The notes beneath the pieces are model-generated. The model saw only the letters and a list, made by a program, of their open reading frames with translations. It was not told the origin of the DNA and did no database searches. A DNA stretch of 64,000 nt from NCBI GenBank assembly GCA_964016885.1, contig OZ024740.1:389918001-389982000 (forward strand), given 5' to 3'. Positions 14,201 to 29,379 of this stretch are shown piece by piece. Numbering within the stretch: the stretch's first letter is position 1; every line of letters starts with the position of its first letter. Both the position numbers and the translations under genes were made by a program. Origin of the DNA: Eledone cirrhosa. Its lineage: Eukaryota.

Positions 14201-17200
14201 TATTCATGTTCTGTCGGAGTTAGAACCTCTATTTATTCATGTTCTGTCGCAGTTAGAATCTCTATTTATTCATGTTCTGTCGGAGTTAGAACCTCTATTT
14301 ATTCATGTTCTGTCGGAGTTAGAACCTCTGTTTATTCATGTTCTGTCGGAGTGAGACCCTCTATTTATTCATGTTCTGTCGGAGTTAGAACCTCTATTTA
14401 TTCATGTTCTGTCGGAGTTAGAACCTCTGTTTATTCATGTTCTGTCGGAGTGAGACCCTCTATTTATTCCTGTTCTGTCGGAGTTAGAACCTCTATTTAT
14501 TCATGTTCTGTCGCAGTTAGAACCTCTATTTATTCAATATCTGTCGCAGTTAGAACCTCTGGTCGGAGTCAGAACCTCTATTTATTCATGTTCTGTCGGA
14601 GTCAGAAACTCTATTCATTCATGTTATGTCGGAGTCAGAACCTCTATATATTCATGTTCTGTCGGAGTTAGAACCGCTGTTTATTCATGTTCTGTCGGAG
14701 TCAGAACCTCTATTTATTCATGTTCTGTCGGAGTGAGAACCTCTGTTTATTCATGTTCTGTCGGAGTTAGAACCTCTGTTTATTCATATTCTGTCGGAGT
14801 CAGAACCTCTATTTATTCATGTTCTGTCGGAGTTAGAACCTCTATTTATTCATGTTCTGTCGCAGTTAGAATCTCTATTTATTCATGTTCTGTCGGAGTT
14901 AGAACCTCTATTTATTCATGTTCTGTCGGAGTTAGAACCTCTGTTTATTCATGTTCTGTCGGAGTGAGACCCTCTATTTATTCATGTTCTGTCGGAGTTA
15001 GAACCTCTATTTATTCATGTTCTGTCGGAGTTAGAACCTCTGTTTATTCATGTTCTGTCGGAGTGAGACCCTCTATTTATTCCTGTTCTGTCGGAGTTAG
15101 AACCTCTATTTATTCATGTTCTGTCGGAGTTAGAACCTCTGTTTATTCATGTTCATTCGGAGTTAGAACCTCTGTTTATTCATGTTCTATCGGAGTTAGA
15201 ACCTCTATTTATTCATGTTCTGTCGCAGTTAGAACCTCTATTTATTCATGTTCTGTGGGAGTTAGAACCTCGATTTATTCATGTTCTGTCGGAGTTAGAA
15301 CCTCTGTTTATTCATGTTCTGTCGGAGTCAGAACCTCTATTTATTCATGTTCTGTCGGAGTGAGAACCTCTGTTTATTCATGTTCTGTCGGAGTTAGAAC
15401 CTCTATTTATTCATGTTCTGTCGGAGTTAGAGCCTCTATTTATTCATGTTCTGTCGCAGTTAGAACCTCTATTTATTCAATATCTGTCGCAGTTAGAACC
15501 TCTTGTCGGAGTTAGAACATCTATTTATTCATGTTCTGTCGGAGTCAGAACCTCTGTTTATTCATGTTCTGTCGGAGTTAGAACCTCTATTTATTCATGT
15601 TCTTTCGGAGTTAGAACCTCTGTTTATTCATGTTCTTTCGGAGTTAGAACCTCGATTTATTCATGTTCTGTCGGAGTTAGAACCTCTATTTATTCATCTT
15701 CTGTCGGAGTTAGAACCTCTATTTATTCATGTTCTGTCGGAGTTGGAATCTCTATTCATTCATGTTCTGTCGGAGTTAGAACCTCTGTTTATTCATGTTC
15801 TGTCGGAGTGAGACCCTCTATTTATTCATGTTCTGTCGGAGTTAGAACCTCTATTTATTCATGTTCTGTCGGAGTTAGAACCTCTGTTTATTCATGTTCA
15901 TTCGGAGTTAGAACCTCTGTTTATTCATGTTCTATCGGAATTAGAACCTCTGTTTATTCATGTTCTTTCGGAGTTAGAACCTCTATTTATTCATGTTCTG
16001 TCGCAGTTAGAATCTCTATTTATTCATGTTCTGTCGGAGATAGAACCTCTATTTATTCATGTTCTGTCGGAGTTAGAACCTCTATTTATTCATGTTCTGT
16101 CGCAGTTAGAATCTCTATTTATTCATGTTCTGTCGGAGTTAGAACCTCTATTTATTCATGTTCTGTCGGAGTTAGAACCTCTATTTATTCATGTTCTGTC
16201 GCAGTTAGAATCTCTATTTATTCATGTTCTGTCGGAGTTAGAACCTCTATTTATTCATGTTCTGTCGGAGTTAGAACCTCTATTTATTCATGTTCTGTCG
16301 CCGTTAGAATCTCTATTTATTCATGTTCTGTCGGAGTTAGAACCTCTATTTATTCATGTTCTGTCGGAGTTAGAACCTCTGTTTATTCATGTTCATTCGG
16401 AGTTAGAACCTCTGTTTATTCATGTTCTATCGGAATTAGAACCTCTGTTTATTCATGTTCTTTCGGAGTTAGAACCTCTATTTATTCATGTTCTGTCGCA
16501 GTTAGAACCTCTTTTCGGAGTTACAACCTCTATTTATTCATGTTCTGTCGGAGATAGAACCTCTATTTATTCATGTTCTGTCGGAGTTAGAACCTCTGTT
16601 TATTCATGTTCTGTCGCAGTTAGAACCTCTATTTATTCATGTTCTGTGGGAGTTAGAACCTCGATTTATTCATGTTCTGTCGGAGTTAGAACCTCTGTTT
16701 ATTCATGTTCTGTCGGAGTCAGAACCTCTATTTATTCATGTTCTGTCGGAGTGAGAACCTCTGTTTATTCATGTTCTGTCGGAGTTAGAACCTCTATTTA
16801 TTCATGTTCTGTCGGAGTTAGAGCCTCTATTTATTCATGTTCTGTCGCAGTTAGAACCTCTATTTATTCAATATCTGTCGCAGTTAGAACCTCTTGTCGG
16901 AGTTAGAACATCTATTTATTCATGTTCTGTCGGAGTCAGAACCTCTGTTTATTCATGTTCTGTCGGAGTTAGAACCTCTATTTATTCATGTTCTTTCGGA
17001 GTTAGAACCTCTGTTTATTCATGTTCTTTCGGAGTTAGAACCTCGATTTATTCATGTTCTGTCGGAGTTAGAACCTCTATTTAGTCATGTTCTGTCGGAG
17101 TTAGAACCTCTATTTATTCATGTTCTGTCGGAGTTAGAACCTCTATTTATTCATGTTCTGTCGCAGTTAGAATCTCTATTTATTCATGTTCTGTCGGAGT

Positions 17201-20200
17201 TAGAACCTCTATTTATTCATGTTCTGTCGGAGTTAGAACCTCTGTTTATTCATGTTCTGTCGGAGTGAGACCCTCTATTTATTCATGTTCTGTCGGAGTT
17301 AGAACCTCTATTTATTCATGTTCTGTCGGAGTTAGAACCTCTGTTTATTCATGTTCTGTCGGAGTGAGACCCTCTATTTATTCATGTTCTGTCGGAGTTA
17401 GAACCTCTATTTATTCATGTTCTGTCGGAGTTAGAACCTCTGTTTATTCATGTTCATTCGGAGTTAGAACCTCCGTTTATTCATGTTCTATCGGAGTTAG
17501 AACCTCTATTTGTTCATGTTCTGTCGCAGTTAGAATCTCTATTTATTCAATATCTGTCGCAGTTAGAACCTCTTGTCGGAGTCAGAACCTCTATTTATTC
17601 ATGTTCAGTCGGAGTCAGAACCTCTATTTATTCATGTTCTGTCGGAGTTAGAACCTCTGTTTATTCATGTTCTGTCGCAGTTAGAACCTCTATTTATTCA
17701 TGTTCTGTGGGAGTTAGAACCTCGATTTATTCATGTTCTGTCGGAGTTAGAACCTCTGTTTATTCATGTTCTGTCGGAGTCAGAACCTCTATTTATTCAT
17801 GTTCTGTCGGAGTGAGAACCTCTGTTTATTCATGTTCTGTCGGAGTTAGAACCTCTATTTATTCATGTTCTGTCGGAGTTAGAGCCTCTATTTATTCATG
17901 TTCTGTCGCAGTTAGAACCTCTGTTTATTCAATATCTGTCGCAGTTAGAACCTCTTGTCGGAGTTAGAACATCTATTTAATCATGTTCTGTCGGAGTCAG
18001 AACCTCTGTTTATTCATGTTCTGTCGGAGTGAGACCCTCTATTTATTCATGTTCTGTCGGAGTTAGAACCTCTATTTATTCATGTTCTGTCGGAGTTAGA
18101 ACCTCTGTTTATTCATGTTCATTCGGAGTTAGAACCTCTGTTTATTCATGTTCTATCCGAATTAGAACCTCTGTTTATTCATGTTCTTTCGGAGTTAGAA
18201 CCTCTATTTATTCATGTTCTGTCGCAGTTAGAATCTCTATTTATTCATGTTCTGTCGGAGTTAGAACCTCTATTTATTCATGTTCTGTCGGAGTTAGAAC
18301 CTCTATTTATTCATGTTCTGTCGCAGTTAGAATCTCTATTTATTCATGTTCTGTCGGAGTTAGAACCTCTATTTATTCATGTTCTGTCGGAGTTAGAACC
18401 TCTATTTATTCATGTTCTGTCGCAGTTAGAATCTCTATTTATTCATGTTCTGTCGGAGTTAGAACCTCTATTTATTCATGTTCTGTCGGAGTTAGAACCT
18501 CTATTTATTCATGTTCTGTCGCAGTTAGAATCTCTATTTATTCATGTTCTGTCGGAGTTAGAACCTCTATTTATTCATGTTCTGTCGGAGTTAGAACCTC
18601 TGTTTATTCATGTTCTGTCGGAGTGAGACCCTCTATTTATTCATGTTCTGTCGGAGTTAGAACCTCTATTTATTCATGTTCTGTCGGAGTTAGAACCTCT
18701 GTTTATTCATGTTCTGTCGCAGTTAGAACCTCTATTTATTCATGTTCTGTGGGAGTTAGAACCTCGATTTATTCATGTTCTGTCGGAGTTAGAACCTCTG
18801 TTTATTCATGTTCTGTCGGAGTCAGAACCTCTATTTATTCATGTTCTGTCGGAGTGAGAACCTCTGTTTATTCATGTTCTGTCGGAGTTAGAACCTCTAT
18901 TTATTCTTGTTCTGTCGGAGTTAGAGCCTCTATTTATTCATGTTCTGTCGCAGTTAGAACCTCTTGTCGGAGTTAGAACATCTATTTATTCATGTTCTGT
19001 CGGAGTCAGAACCTCTGTTTATTCATGTTCTGTCGGAGTTAGAACCTCTATTTATTCATGTTCTTTCGGAGTTAGAACCTCTGTTTATTCATGTTCTTTC
19101 GGAGTTAGAACCTCGATTTATTCATGTTCTGTCGGAGTTAGAACCTCTATTTATTCATCTTCTGTCGGAGTTAGAACCTCTATTTATTCATGTTCTGTCG
19201 GAGTTGGAATCTCTATTCATTCATGTTCTGTCGGAGTTAGAACCTCTATTTATTTATGTTCTGTCGGAGTTAGAACATCTATTTATTCATGTTCTGTCGC
19301 ATTTAGAACCTCTGTTTATTCATGTTCTTTCGGAGTTAAAACCTCTGTTTATTCATGTTCTGTCGCAGTTAGAACCACTATTTATTCATGTTCTGTCGGA
19401 GTTAGAAGCTCTATTTATTCATGTTCTGTCGCATTTAGAACCTCTGTTTATTCATGTTCTGTCGGAGTTAGAACCTCTTGTCGGAGTCAGAACCTCTATT
19501 TATTCATGTTCTTTCGGAGTTAGAACCTCTATTTATTCATGTTCTGTCGCAGTTAGAATCTCTATTTATTCAATATCTGTCGCAGTTAGAATCTCTTGTC
19601 GGAGTCAGAACCTCTATTTATTCATGTTCAGTCGGAGTCAGAACCTCTATTTATTCATGTTCTGTCGGAGTTAGAACCTCTATTTATTCATGTTCTGTGG
19701 GAGTTAGAATCTCGATTTATTCATGTTCTGTCGGAGTTAGAACCTCTGTTTATTCATGTTCTGTCGGAGTCAGAACCTCTATTTATTCATGTTCTGTCGG
19801 AGTGAGAACCTCTGTTTATTCATGTTCTGTCGGAGTTAGAACCTCTATTTATTCATGTTCTGTCGGAGTGAGAACCTCTGTTTATTCATGTTCTGTCGGA
19901 GTTAGAACCTCTATTTATTCATGTTCTGTCGGAGTTAGAGCCTCTATTTATTCATGTTCTGTCGCAGTTAGAACCTCTATTTATTCAATATCTGTCGCAG
20001 TTAGAACCTCTTGTCGGAGTCAGAACCTCTATTTATTCATGTTCTGTCGGAGTCAGAACCTCTATTTATTCATGTTCTGTCGGAGTTAGAACCTCTGTTT
20101 ATTCATATTCTGTCGGAGTCAGAACCTCTATTTATTCATGTTCTGTCGGAGTTAGAACCTCTATTTATTCATGTTCTGTCGGAGTTAGAACCTCTATTTA

Positions 20201-23200
20201 TTCATGTTCTGTCGGAGTTAGAACCTCTATTTATTCATGTTCTGTCGCAGTTAGAATCTCTATTTATTCATGTTCTGTCGGAGTTAGAACCTCTATTTAT
20301 TCATGTTCTGTCGGAGTTAGAACCTCTGTTTATTCATGTTCTGTCGGAGTGAGACCCTCTATTTATTCATGTTCTGTCGGAATTAGAACCTCTATTTATT
20401 CATGTTCTGTCGGAGTTAGAACCTCTGTTTATTCATGTTCTGTCGGAGTGAGACCCTCTATTTATTCCTGTTCTGTCGGAGTTAGAACCTCTATTTATTC
20501 ATGTTCTGTCGGAGTTAGAACCTCTGTTTATTCATGTTCATTCGGAGTTAGAACCTCTGTTTATTCATGTTCTATCGGAGTTAGAACCTCTATTTATTCA
20601 TGTTCTGTCGCAGTTAGAACCTCTATTTATTCATGTTCTGTGGGAGTTAGAACCTCGATTTATTCATGTTCTGTCGGAGTTAGAACCTCTGTTTATTCAT
20701 GTTCTGTCGGAGTCAGAACCTCTATTTATTCATGTTCTGTCGGAGTGAGAACCTCTGTTTATTCATGTTCTGTCGGAGTTAGAACCTCTATTTATTCATG
20801 TTCTGTCGGAGTTAGAGCCTCTATTTATTCATGTTCTGTCGCAGTTAGAACCTCTATTTATTCAATATCTGTCGCAGTTAGAACCTCTTGTCGGAGTTAG
20901 AACATCTATTTATTCATGTTCTGTCGGAGTCAGAACCTCTGTTTATTCATGTTCTGTCGGAGTTAGAACCTCTATTTATTCATGTTCTTTCGGAGTTAGA
21001 ACCTCTGTTTATTCATGTTCTTTCGGAGTTAGAACCTCGATTTATTCATGTTCTGTCGGAGTTAGAACCTCTATTTATTCATCTTCTGTCGGAGTTAGAA
21101 CCTCTATTTATTCATGTTCTGTCGCAGTTAGAATCTCTATTTATTCATGTTCTGTCGGAGTTGGAATCTCTATTCATTCATGTTCTGTCGGAGTTAGAAC
21201 CTCTGTTTATTCATGTTCTGTCGGAGTGAGACCCTCTATTTATTCATGTTCTGTCGGAGTTAGAACCTCTATTTATTCATGTTCTGTCGGAGTTAGAACC
21301 TCTGTTTATTCATGTTCATTCGGAGTTAGAACCTCTGTTTATTCATGTTCTATCGGAATTAGAACCTCTGTTTATTCATGTTCTTTCGGAGTTAGAACCT
21401 CTATTTATTCATGTTCTGTCGCAGTTAGAATCTCTATTTATTCATGTTCTGTCGGAGTTAGAACCTCTATTTATTCATGTTCTGTCGGAGTTAGAACCTC
21501 TATTTATTCATGTTCTGTCGCAGTTAGAATCTCTATTTATTCATGTTCTGTCGGAGTTAGAACCTCTATTTATTCATGTTCTGTCGGAGTTAGAACCTCT
21601 ATTTATTCATGTTCTGTCGCAGTTAGAATCTCTATTTATTCATGTTCTGTCGGAGTTAGAACCTCTATTTATTCATGTTCTGTCGGAGTTAGAACCTCTA
21701 TTTATTCATGTTCTGTCGCAGTTAGAATCTCTATTTATTCAATATCTGTCGCAGTTAGAACCTCTTGTCGGAGTCAGAACCTCTATTTATTCATGTTCAG
21801 TCGGAGTCAGAACCTCTATTTATTCATGTTCTGTCGGAGTTAGAACCTCTGTTTATTCATGTTCTGTCGCAGTTAGAACCTCTATTTATTCATGTACTGT
21901 GGGAGTTAGAACCTCGATTTATTCATGTTCTGTCGGAGTTAGAACCTCTGTTTATTCATGTTCTGTCGGAGTCAGAACCTCTATTTATTCATGTTCTGTC
22001 GGAGTGAGAACCTCTGTTTATTCATGTTCTGTCGGAGTGAGACCCTCTATTTATTCATGTTCTGTCGGAGTTAGAACCTCTATTTATTCATGTTCTGTCG
22101 GAGTTAGAGCCTCTATTTATTCAATATCTGTCGCAGTTAGAACCTCTTGTCGAAGTTAGAACATCTATTTATTCATGTTCTGTCGGAGTCAGAACCTCTG
22201 TTTATTCATATTCTGTCGGAGTCAGAACCTCTATTTATTCATGTTCTGTCGGAGTTAGAACCTCTGTTTATTCATGTTCTGTCGCAGTTAGAACCTCTTG
22301 TCGGAGTCAGAACCTCTATTTATTCATGTTCTGTCGGAGTCAGAAACTCTATTCATTCATGTTATGTCGGAGTCAGAACCTCTATATATTCATGTTCTGT
22401 CGGAGTTAGAACCGCTGTTTATTCATGTTCTGTCGGAGTCAGAACCTCTATTTATTCATGTTCTGTCGGAGTTAGAACCTCTATTTATTCATGTTCTGTC
22501 GCAGTTAGAACCTCTATTTATTCATGTTCTGTCGCAGTTAGAATCTCTATTTATTCATGTTCTGTCGGAGTCATAACCTCTATTTATTCATGTTCTGTCG
22601 GAGTGAGAACCTCTGTTTATTCATGTTCTGTCGGAGTTAGAACCTCTATTTATTCATGTTCTGTCGGAGTTAGAGCCTCTATTTATTCATGTTCTGTCGC
22701 AGTTAGAACCTCTATTTATTCAATATCTGTCGCAGTTAGAACCTCTGGTCGGAGTCAGAACCTCTATTTATTCATGTTCTGTCGGAGTCAGAAACTCTAT
22801 TCATTCATGTTATGTCGGAGTCAGAACCTCTATATATTCATGTTCTGTCGGAGTTAGAACCGCTGTTTATTCATGTTCTGTCGGAGTCAGAACCTCTATT
22901 TATTCATGTTCTGTCGGAGTGAGAACCTCTGTTTATTCATGTTCTGTCGGAGTTAGAACCTCTGTTTATTCATATTCTGTCGGAGTCAGAACCTCTATTT
23001 ATTCATGTTCTGTCGGAGTTAGAACCTCTATTTATTCATGTTCTGTCGCAGTTAGAATCTCTATTTATTCATGTTCTGTCGGAGTTAGAACCTCTATTTA
23101 TTCATGTTCTGTCGGAGTTAGAACCTCTGTTTATTCATGTTCTGTCGGAGTGAGACCCTCTATTTATTCATGTTCTGTCGGAGTTAGAACCTCTATTTAT

Positions 23201-26200
23201 TCATGTTCTGTCGGAGTTAGAACCTCTGTTTATTCATGTTCTGTCGGAGTGAGACCCTCTATTTATTCCTGTTCTGTCGGAGTTAGAACCTCTATTTATT
23301 CATGTTCTGTCGCAGTTAGAACCTCTATTTATTCAATATCTGTCGCAGTTAGAACCTCTGGTCGGAGTCAGAACCTCTATTTATTCATGTTCTGTCGGAG
23401 TCAGAAACTCTATTCATTCATGTTATGTCGGAGTCAGAACCTCTATATATTCATGTTCTGTCGGAGTTAGAACCGCTGTTTATTCATGTTCTGTCGGAGT
23501 CAGAACCTCTATTTATTCATGTTCTGTCGGAGTGAGAACCTCTGTTTATTCATGTTCTGTCGGAGTTAGAACCTCTGTTTATTCATATTCTGTCGGAGTC
23601 AGAACCTCTATTTATTCATGTTCTGTCGGAGTTAGAACCTCTATTTATTCATGTTCTGTCGCAGTTAGAATCTCTATTTGTTCATGTTCTGTCGGAGTTA
23701 GAACCTCTATTTATTCATGTTCTGTCGGAGTTAGAACCTCTGTTTATTCATGTTCTGTCGGAGTGAGACCCTCTATTTATTCATGTTCTGTCGGAGTTAG
23801 AACCTCTATTTATTCATGTTCTGTCGGAGTTAGAACCTCTGTTTATTCATGTTCTGTCGGAGTGAGACCCTCTATTTATTCCTGTTCTGTCGGAGTTAGA
23901 ACCTCTATTTATTCATGTTCTGTCGGAGTTAGAACCTCTGTTTATTCATGTTCATTCGGAGTTAGAACCTCTGTTTATTCATGTTCTATCGGAGTTAGAA
24001 CCTCTATTTATTCATGTTCTGTCGCAGTTAGAACCTCTATTTATTCATGTTCTGTGGGAGTTAGAACCTCGATTTATTCATGTTCTGTCGGAGTTAGAAC
24101 CTCTGTTTATTCATGTTCTGTCGGAGTCAGAACCTCTATTTATTCATGTTCTGTCGGAGTGAGAACCTCTGTTTATTCATGTTCTGTCGGAGTTAGAACC
24201 TCTATTTATTCATGTTCTGTCGGAGTTAGAGCCTCTATTTATTCATGTTCTGTCGCAGTTAGAACCTCTATTTATTCAATATCTGTCGCAGTTAGAACCT
24301 CTTGTCGGAGTTAGAACATCTATTTATTCATGTTCTGTCGGAGTCAGAACCTCTGTTTATTCATGTTCTGTCGGAGTTAGAACCTCTATTTATTCATGTT
24401 CTTTCGGAGTTAGAACCTCTGTTTATTCATGTTCTTTCGGAGTTAGAACCTCGATTTATTCATGTTCTGTCGGAGTTAGAACCTCTATTTATTCATCTTC
24501 TGTCGGAGTTAGAACCTCTATTTATTCATGTTCTGTCGGAGTTGGAATCTCTATTCATTCATGTTCTGTCGGAGTTAGAACCTCTGTTTATTCATGTTCT
24601 GTCGGAGTGAGACCCTCTATTTATTCATGTTCTGTCGGAGTTAGAACCTCTATTTATTCATGTTCTGTCGGAGTTAGAACCTCTGTTTATTCATGTTCAT
24701 TCGGAGTTAGAACCTCTGTTTATTCATGTTCTATCGGAATTAGAACCTCTGTTTATTCATGTTCTTTCGGAGTTAGAACCTCTATTTATTCATGTTCTGT
24801 CGCAGTTAGAATCTCTATTTATTCATGTTCTGTCGGAGATAGAACCTCTATTTATTCATGTTCTGTCGGAGTTAGAACCTCTATTTATTCATGTTCTGTC
24901 GCAGTTAGAATCTCTATTTATTCATGTTCTGTCGGAGTTAGAACCTCTATTTATTCATGTTCTGTCGGAGTTAGAACCTCTATTTATTCATGTTCTGTCG
25001 CAGTTAGAATCTCTATTTATTCATGTTCTGTCGGAGTTAGAACCTCTATTTATTCATGTTCTGTCGGAGTTAGAACCTCTATTTATTCATGTTCTGTCGC
25101 CGTTAGAATCTCTATTTATTCATGTTCTGTTGGAGTTAGAACCTCTATTTATTCATGTTCTGTCGGAGTTAGAACCTCTGTTTATTCATGTTCTGTCGGA
25201 GTGAGACCCTCTATTTATTCATGTTCTGTCGGAGTTAGAACCTCTATTTATTCATGTTCTGTCGGAGTTAGAACCTCTGTTTATTCATGTTCATTCGGAG
25301 TTAGAACCTCTGTTTATTCATGTTCTATCGGAATTAGAACCTCTGTTTATTCATGTTCTTTCGGAGTTAGAACCTCTATTTATTCATGTTCTGTCGCAGT
25401 TAGAACCTCTTTTCGGAGTTACAACCTCTATTTATTCATGTTCTGTCGGAGATAGAACCTCTATTTATTCATGTTCTGTCGGAGTTAGAACCTCTGTTTA
25501 TTCATGTTCTGTCGCAGTTAGAACCTCTATTTATTCATGTTCTGTGGGAGTTAGAACCTCGATTTATTCATGTTCTGTCGGAGTTAGAACCTCTGTTTAT
25601 TCATGTTCTGTCGGAGTCAGAACCTCTATTTATTCATGTTCTGTCGGAGTGAGAACCTCTGTTTATTCATGTTCTGTCGGAGTTAGAACCTCTATTTATT
25701 CATGTTCTGTCGGAGTTAGAGCCTCTATTTATTCATGTTCTGTCGCAGTTAGAACCTCTATTTATTCAATATCTGTCGCAGTTAGAACCTCTTGTCGGAG
25801 TTAGAACATCTATTTATTCATGTTCTGTCGGAGTCAGAACCTCTGTTTATTCATGTTCTGTCGGAGTTAGAACCTCTATTTATTCATGTTCTTTCGGAGT
25901 TAGAACCTCTGTTTATTCATGTTCTTTCGGAGTTAGAACCTCGATTTATTCATGTTCTGTCGGAGTTAGAACCTCTATTTAGTCATGTTCTGTCGGAGTT
26001 AGAACCTCTATTTATTCATGTTCTGTCGGAGTTAGAACCTCTATTTATTCATGTTCTGTCGCAGTTAGAATCTCTATTTATTCATGTTCTGTCGGAGTTA
26101 GAACCTCTATTTATTCATGTTCTGTCGGAGTTAGAACCTCTGTTTATTCATGTTCTGTCGGAGTGAGACCCTCTATTTATTCATGTTCTGTCGGAGTTAG

Positions 26201-28950
26201 AACCTCTATTTATTCATGTTCTGTCGGAGTTAGAACCTCTGTTTATTCATGTTCTGTCGGAGTGAGACCCTCTATTTATTCATGTTCTGTCGGAGTTAGA
26301 ACCTCTATTTATTCATGTTCTGTCGGAGTTAGAACCTCTGTTTATTCATGTTCATTCGGAGTTAGAACCTCCGTTTATTCATGTTCTATCGGAGTTAGAA
26401 CCTCTATTTGTTCATGTTCTGTCGCAGTTAGAATCTCTATTTATTCAATATCTGTCGCAGTTAGAACCTCTTGTCGGAGTCAGAACCTCTATTTATTCAT
26501 GTTCAGTCGGAGTCAGAACCTCTATTTATTCATGTTCTGTCGGAGTTAGAACCTCTGTTTATTCATGTTCTGTCGCAGTTAGAACCTCTATTTATTCATG
26601 TTCTGTGGGAGTTAGAACCTCGATTTATTCATGTTCTGTCGGAGTTAGAACCTCTGTTTATTCATGTTCTGTCGGAGTCAGAACCTCTATTTATTCATGT
26701 TCTGTCGGAGTGAGAACCTCTGTTTATTCATGTTCTGTCGGAGTTAGAACCTCTATTTATTCATGTTCTGTCGGAGTTAGAGCCTCTATTTATTCATGTT
26801 CTGTCGCAGTTAGAACCTCTGTTTATTCAATATCTGTCGCAGTTAGAACCTCTTGTCGGAGTTAGAACATCTATTTAATCATGTTCTGTCGGAGTCAGAA
26901 CCTCTGTTTATTCATGTTCTGTCGGAGTGAGACCCTCTATTTATTCATGTTCTGTCGGAGTTAGAACCTCTATTTATTCATGTTCTGTCGGAGTTAGAAC
27001 CTCTGTTTATTCATGTTCATTCGGAGTTAGAACCTCTGTTTATTCATGTTCTATCGGAATTAGAACCTCTGTTTATTCATGTTCTTTCGGAGTTAGAACC
27101 TCTATTTATTCATGTTCTGTCGCAGTTAGAATCTCTATTTATTCATGTTCTGTCGGAGTTAGAACCTCTATTTATTCATGTTCTGTCGGAGTTAGAACCT
27201 CTATTTATTCATGTTCTGTCGCAGTTAGAATCTCTATTTATTCATGTTCTGTCGGAGTTAGAACCTCTATTTATTCATGTTCTGTCGGAGTTAGAACCTC
27301 TATTTATTCATGTTCTGTCGCAGTTAGAATCTCTATTTATTCATGTTCTGTCGGAGTTAGAACCTCTATTTATTCATGTTCTGTCGGAGTTAGAACCTCT
27401 ATTTATTCATGTTCTGTCGCAGTTAGAATCTCTATTTATTCATGTTCTGTCGGAGTTAGAACCTCTATTTATTCATGTTCTGTCGGAGTTAGAACCTCTG
27501 TTTATTCATGTTCTGTCGGAGTGAGACCCTCTATTTATTCATGTTCTGTCGGAGTTAGAACCTCTATTTATTCATGTTCTGTCGGAGTTAGAACCTCTGT
27601 TTATTCATGTTCTGTCGCAGTTAGAACCTCTATTTATTCATGTTCTGTGGGAGTTAGAACCTCGATTTATTCATGTTCTGTCGGAGTTAGAACCTCTGTT
27701 TATTCATGTTCTGTCGGAGTCAGAACCTCTATTTATTCATGTTCTGTCGGAGTGAGAACCTCTGTTTATTCATGTTCTGTCGGAGTTAGAACCTCTATTT
27801 ATTCTTGTTCTGTCGGAGTTAGAGCCTCTATTTATTCATGTTCTGTCGCAGTTAGAACCTCTTGTCGGAGTTAGAACATCTATTTATTCATGTTCTGTCG
27901 GAGTCAGAACCTCTGTTTATTCATGTTCTGTCGGAGTTAGAACCTCTATTTATTCATGTTCTTTCGGAGTTAGAACCTCTGTTTATTCATGTTCTTTCGG
28001 AGTTAGAACCTCGATTTATTCATGTTCTGTCGGAGTTAGAACCTCTATTTATTCATCTTCTGTCGGAGTTAGAACCTCTATTTATTCATGTTCTGTCGGA
28101 GTTGGAATCTCTATTCATTCATGTTCTGTCGGAGTTAGAACCTCTATTTATTTATGTTCTGTCGGAGTTAGAACATCTATTTATTCATGTTCTGTCGCAT
28201 TTAGAACCTCTGTTTATTCATGTTCTTTCGGAGTTAAAACCTCTGTTTATTCATGTTCTGTCGCAGTTAGAACCACTATTTATTCATGTTCTGTCGGAGT
28301 TAGAAGCTCTATTTATTCATGTTCTGTCGCATTTAGAACCTCTGTTTATTCATGTTCTGTCGGAGTTAGAACCTCTTGTCGGAGTCAGAACCTCTATTTA
28401 TTCATGTTCTTTCGGAGTTAGAACCTCTATTTATTCATGTTCTGTCGCAGTTAGAATCTCTATTTATTCAATATCTGTCGCAGTTAGAATCTCTTGTCGG
28501 AGTCAGAACCTCTATTTATTCATGTTCAGTCGGAGTCAGAACCTCTATTTATTCATGTTCTGTCGGAGTTAGAACCTCTATTTATTCATGTTCTGTGGGA
28601 GTTAGAATCTCGATTTATTCATGTTCTGTCGGAGTTAGAACCTCTGTTTATTCATGTTCTGTCGGAGTCAGAACCTCTATTTATTCATGTTCTGTCGGAG
28701 TGAGAACCTCTGTTTATTCATGTTCTGTCGGAGTTAGAACCTCTATTTATTCATGTTCTGTCGGAGTGAGAACCTCTGTTTATTCATGTTCTGTCGGAGT
28801 TAGAACCTCTATTTATTCATGTTCTGTCGGAGTTAGAGCCTCTATTTATTCATGTTCTGTCGCAGTTAGAACCTCTATTTATTCAATATCTGTCGCAGTT
28901 AGAACCTCTTGTCGGAGTCAGAACCTCTATTTATTCATGTTCTGTCGGAG
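11281..28950. repeat. Near-perfect tandem duplication of an ~8.8-8.9 kb higher-order unit (11,281-20,079 / 20,080-28,950)
   Basis: ORF pairs 12,089/20,888 through 15,808/24,607 have offset 8,799 (= 258x33 + 15x19). The offset becomes 8,898 after a 99-bp indel. The private variant TCGAAGTTAG is seen only at ~13,351 and ~22,150. Confidence 0.92.
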
Positions 28951-29379
28951 TTAGAAACTCTATTCATTCATGTTATGTCGGAGTCAGAACCTCTATATAT
29001 TCATGTTCTGTCGGAGTTAGAACCGCTGTTTATTCATGTTCTGTCGGAGTCAGAACCTCTATTTATTCATGTTCTGTGGGAGTTAGAACCTCGATTTATT
29101 CATGTTCTGTCGGAGTCAGAACCTCTATTTATTCATGTTCTGTCGGAGTGAGAACCTCTGTTTATTCATGTTCTGTCGGAGTGAGACCCTCTATTTATTC
29201 ATGTTCTGTCGGAGTTAGAACCTCTATTTATTCATGTTCTGTCGGAGTTAGAACCTCTGTTTATTCATGTTCATTCGGAGTTAGAACCTCTGTTTATTCA
29301 TGTTCTATCGGAATTAGAACCTCTGTTTATTCATGTTCTTTCGGAGTTAGAACCTCTATTTATTCATGTTCTGTCGCAG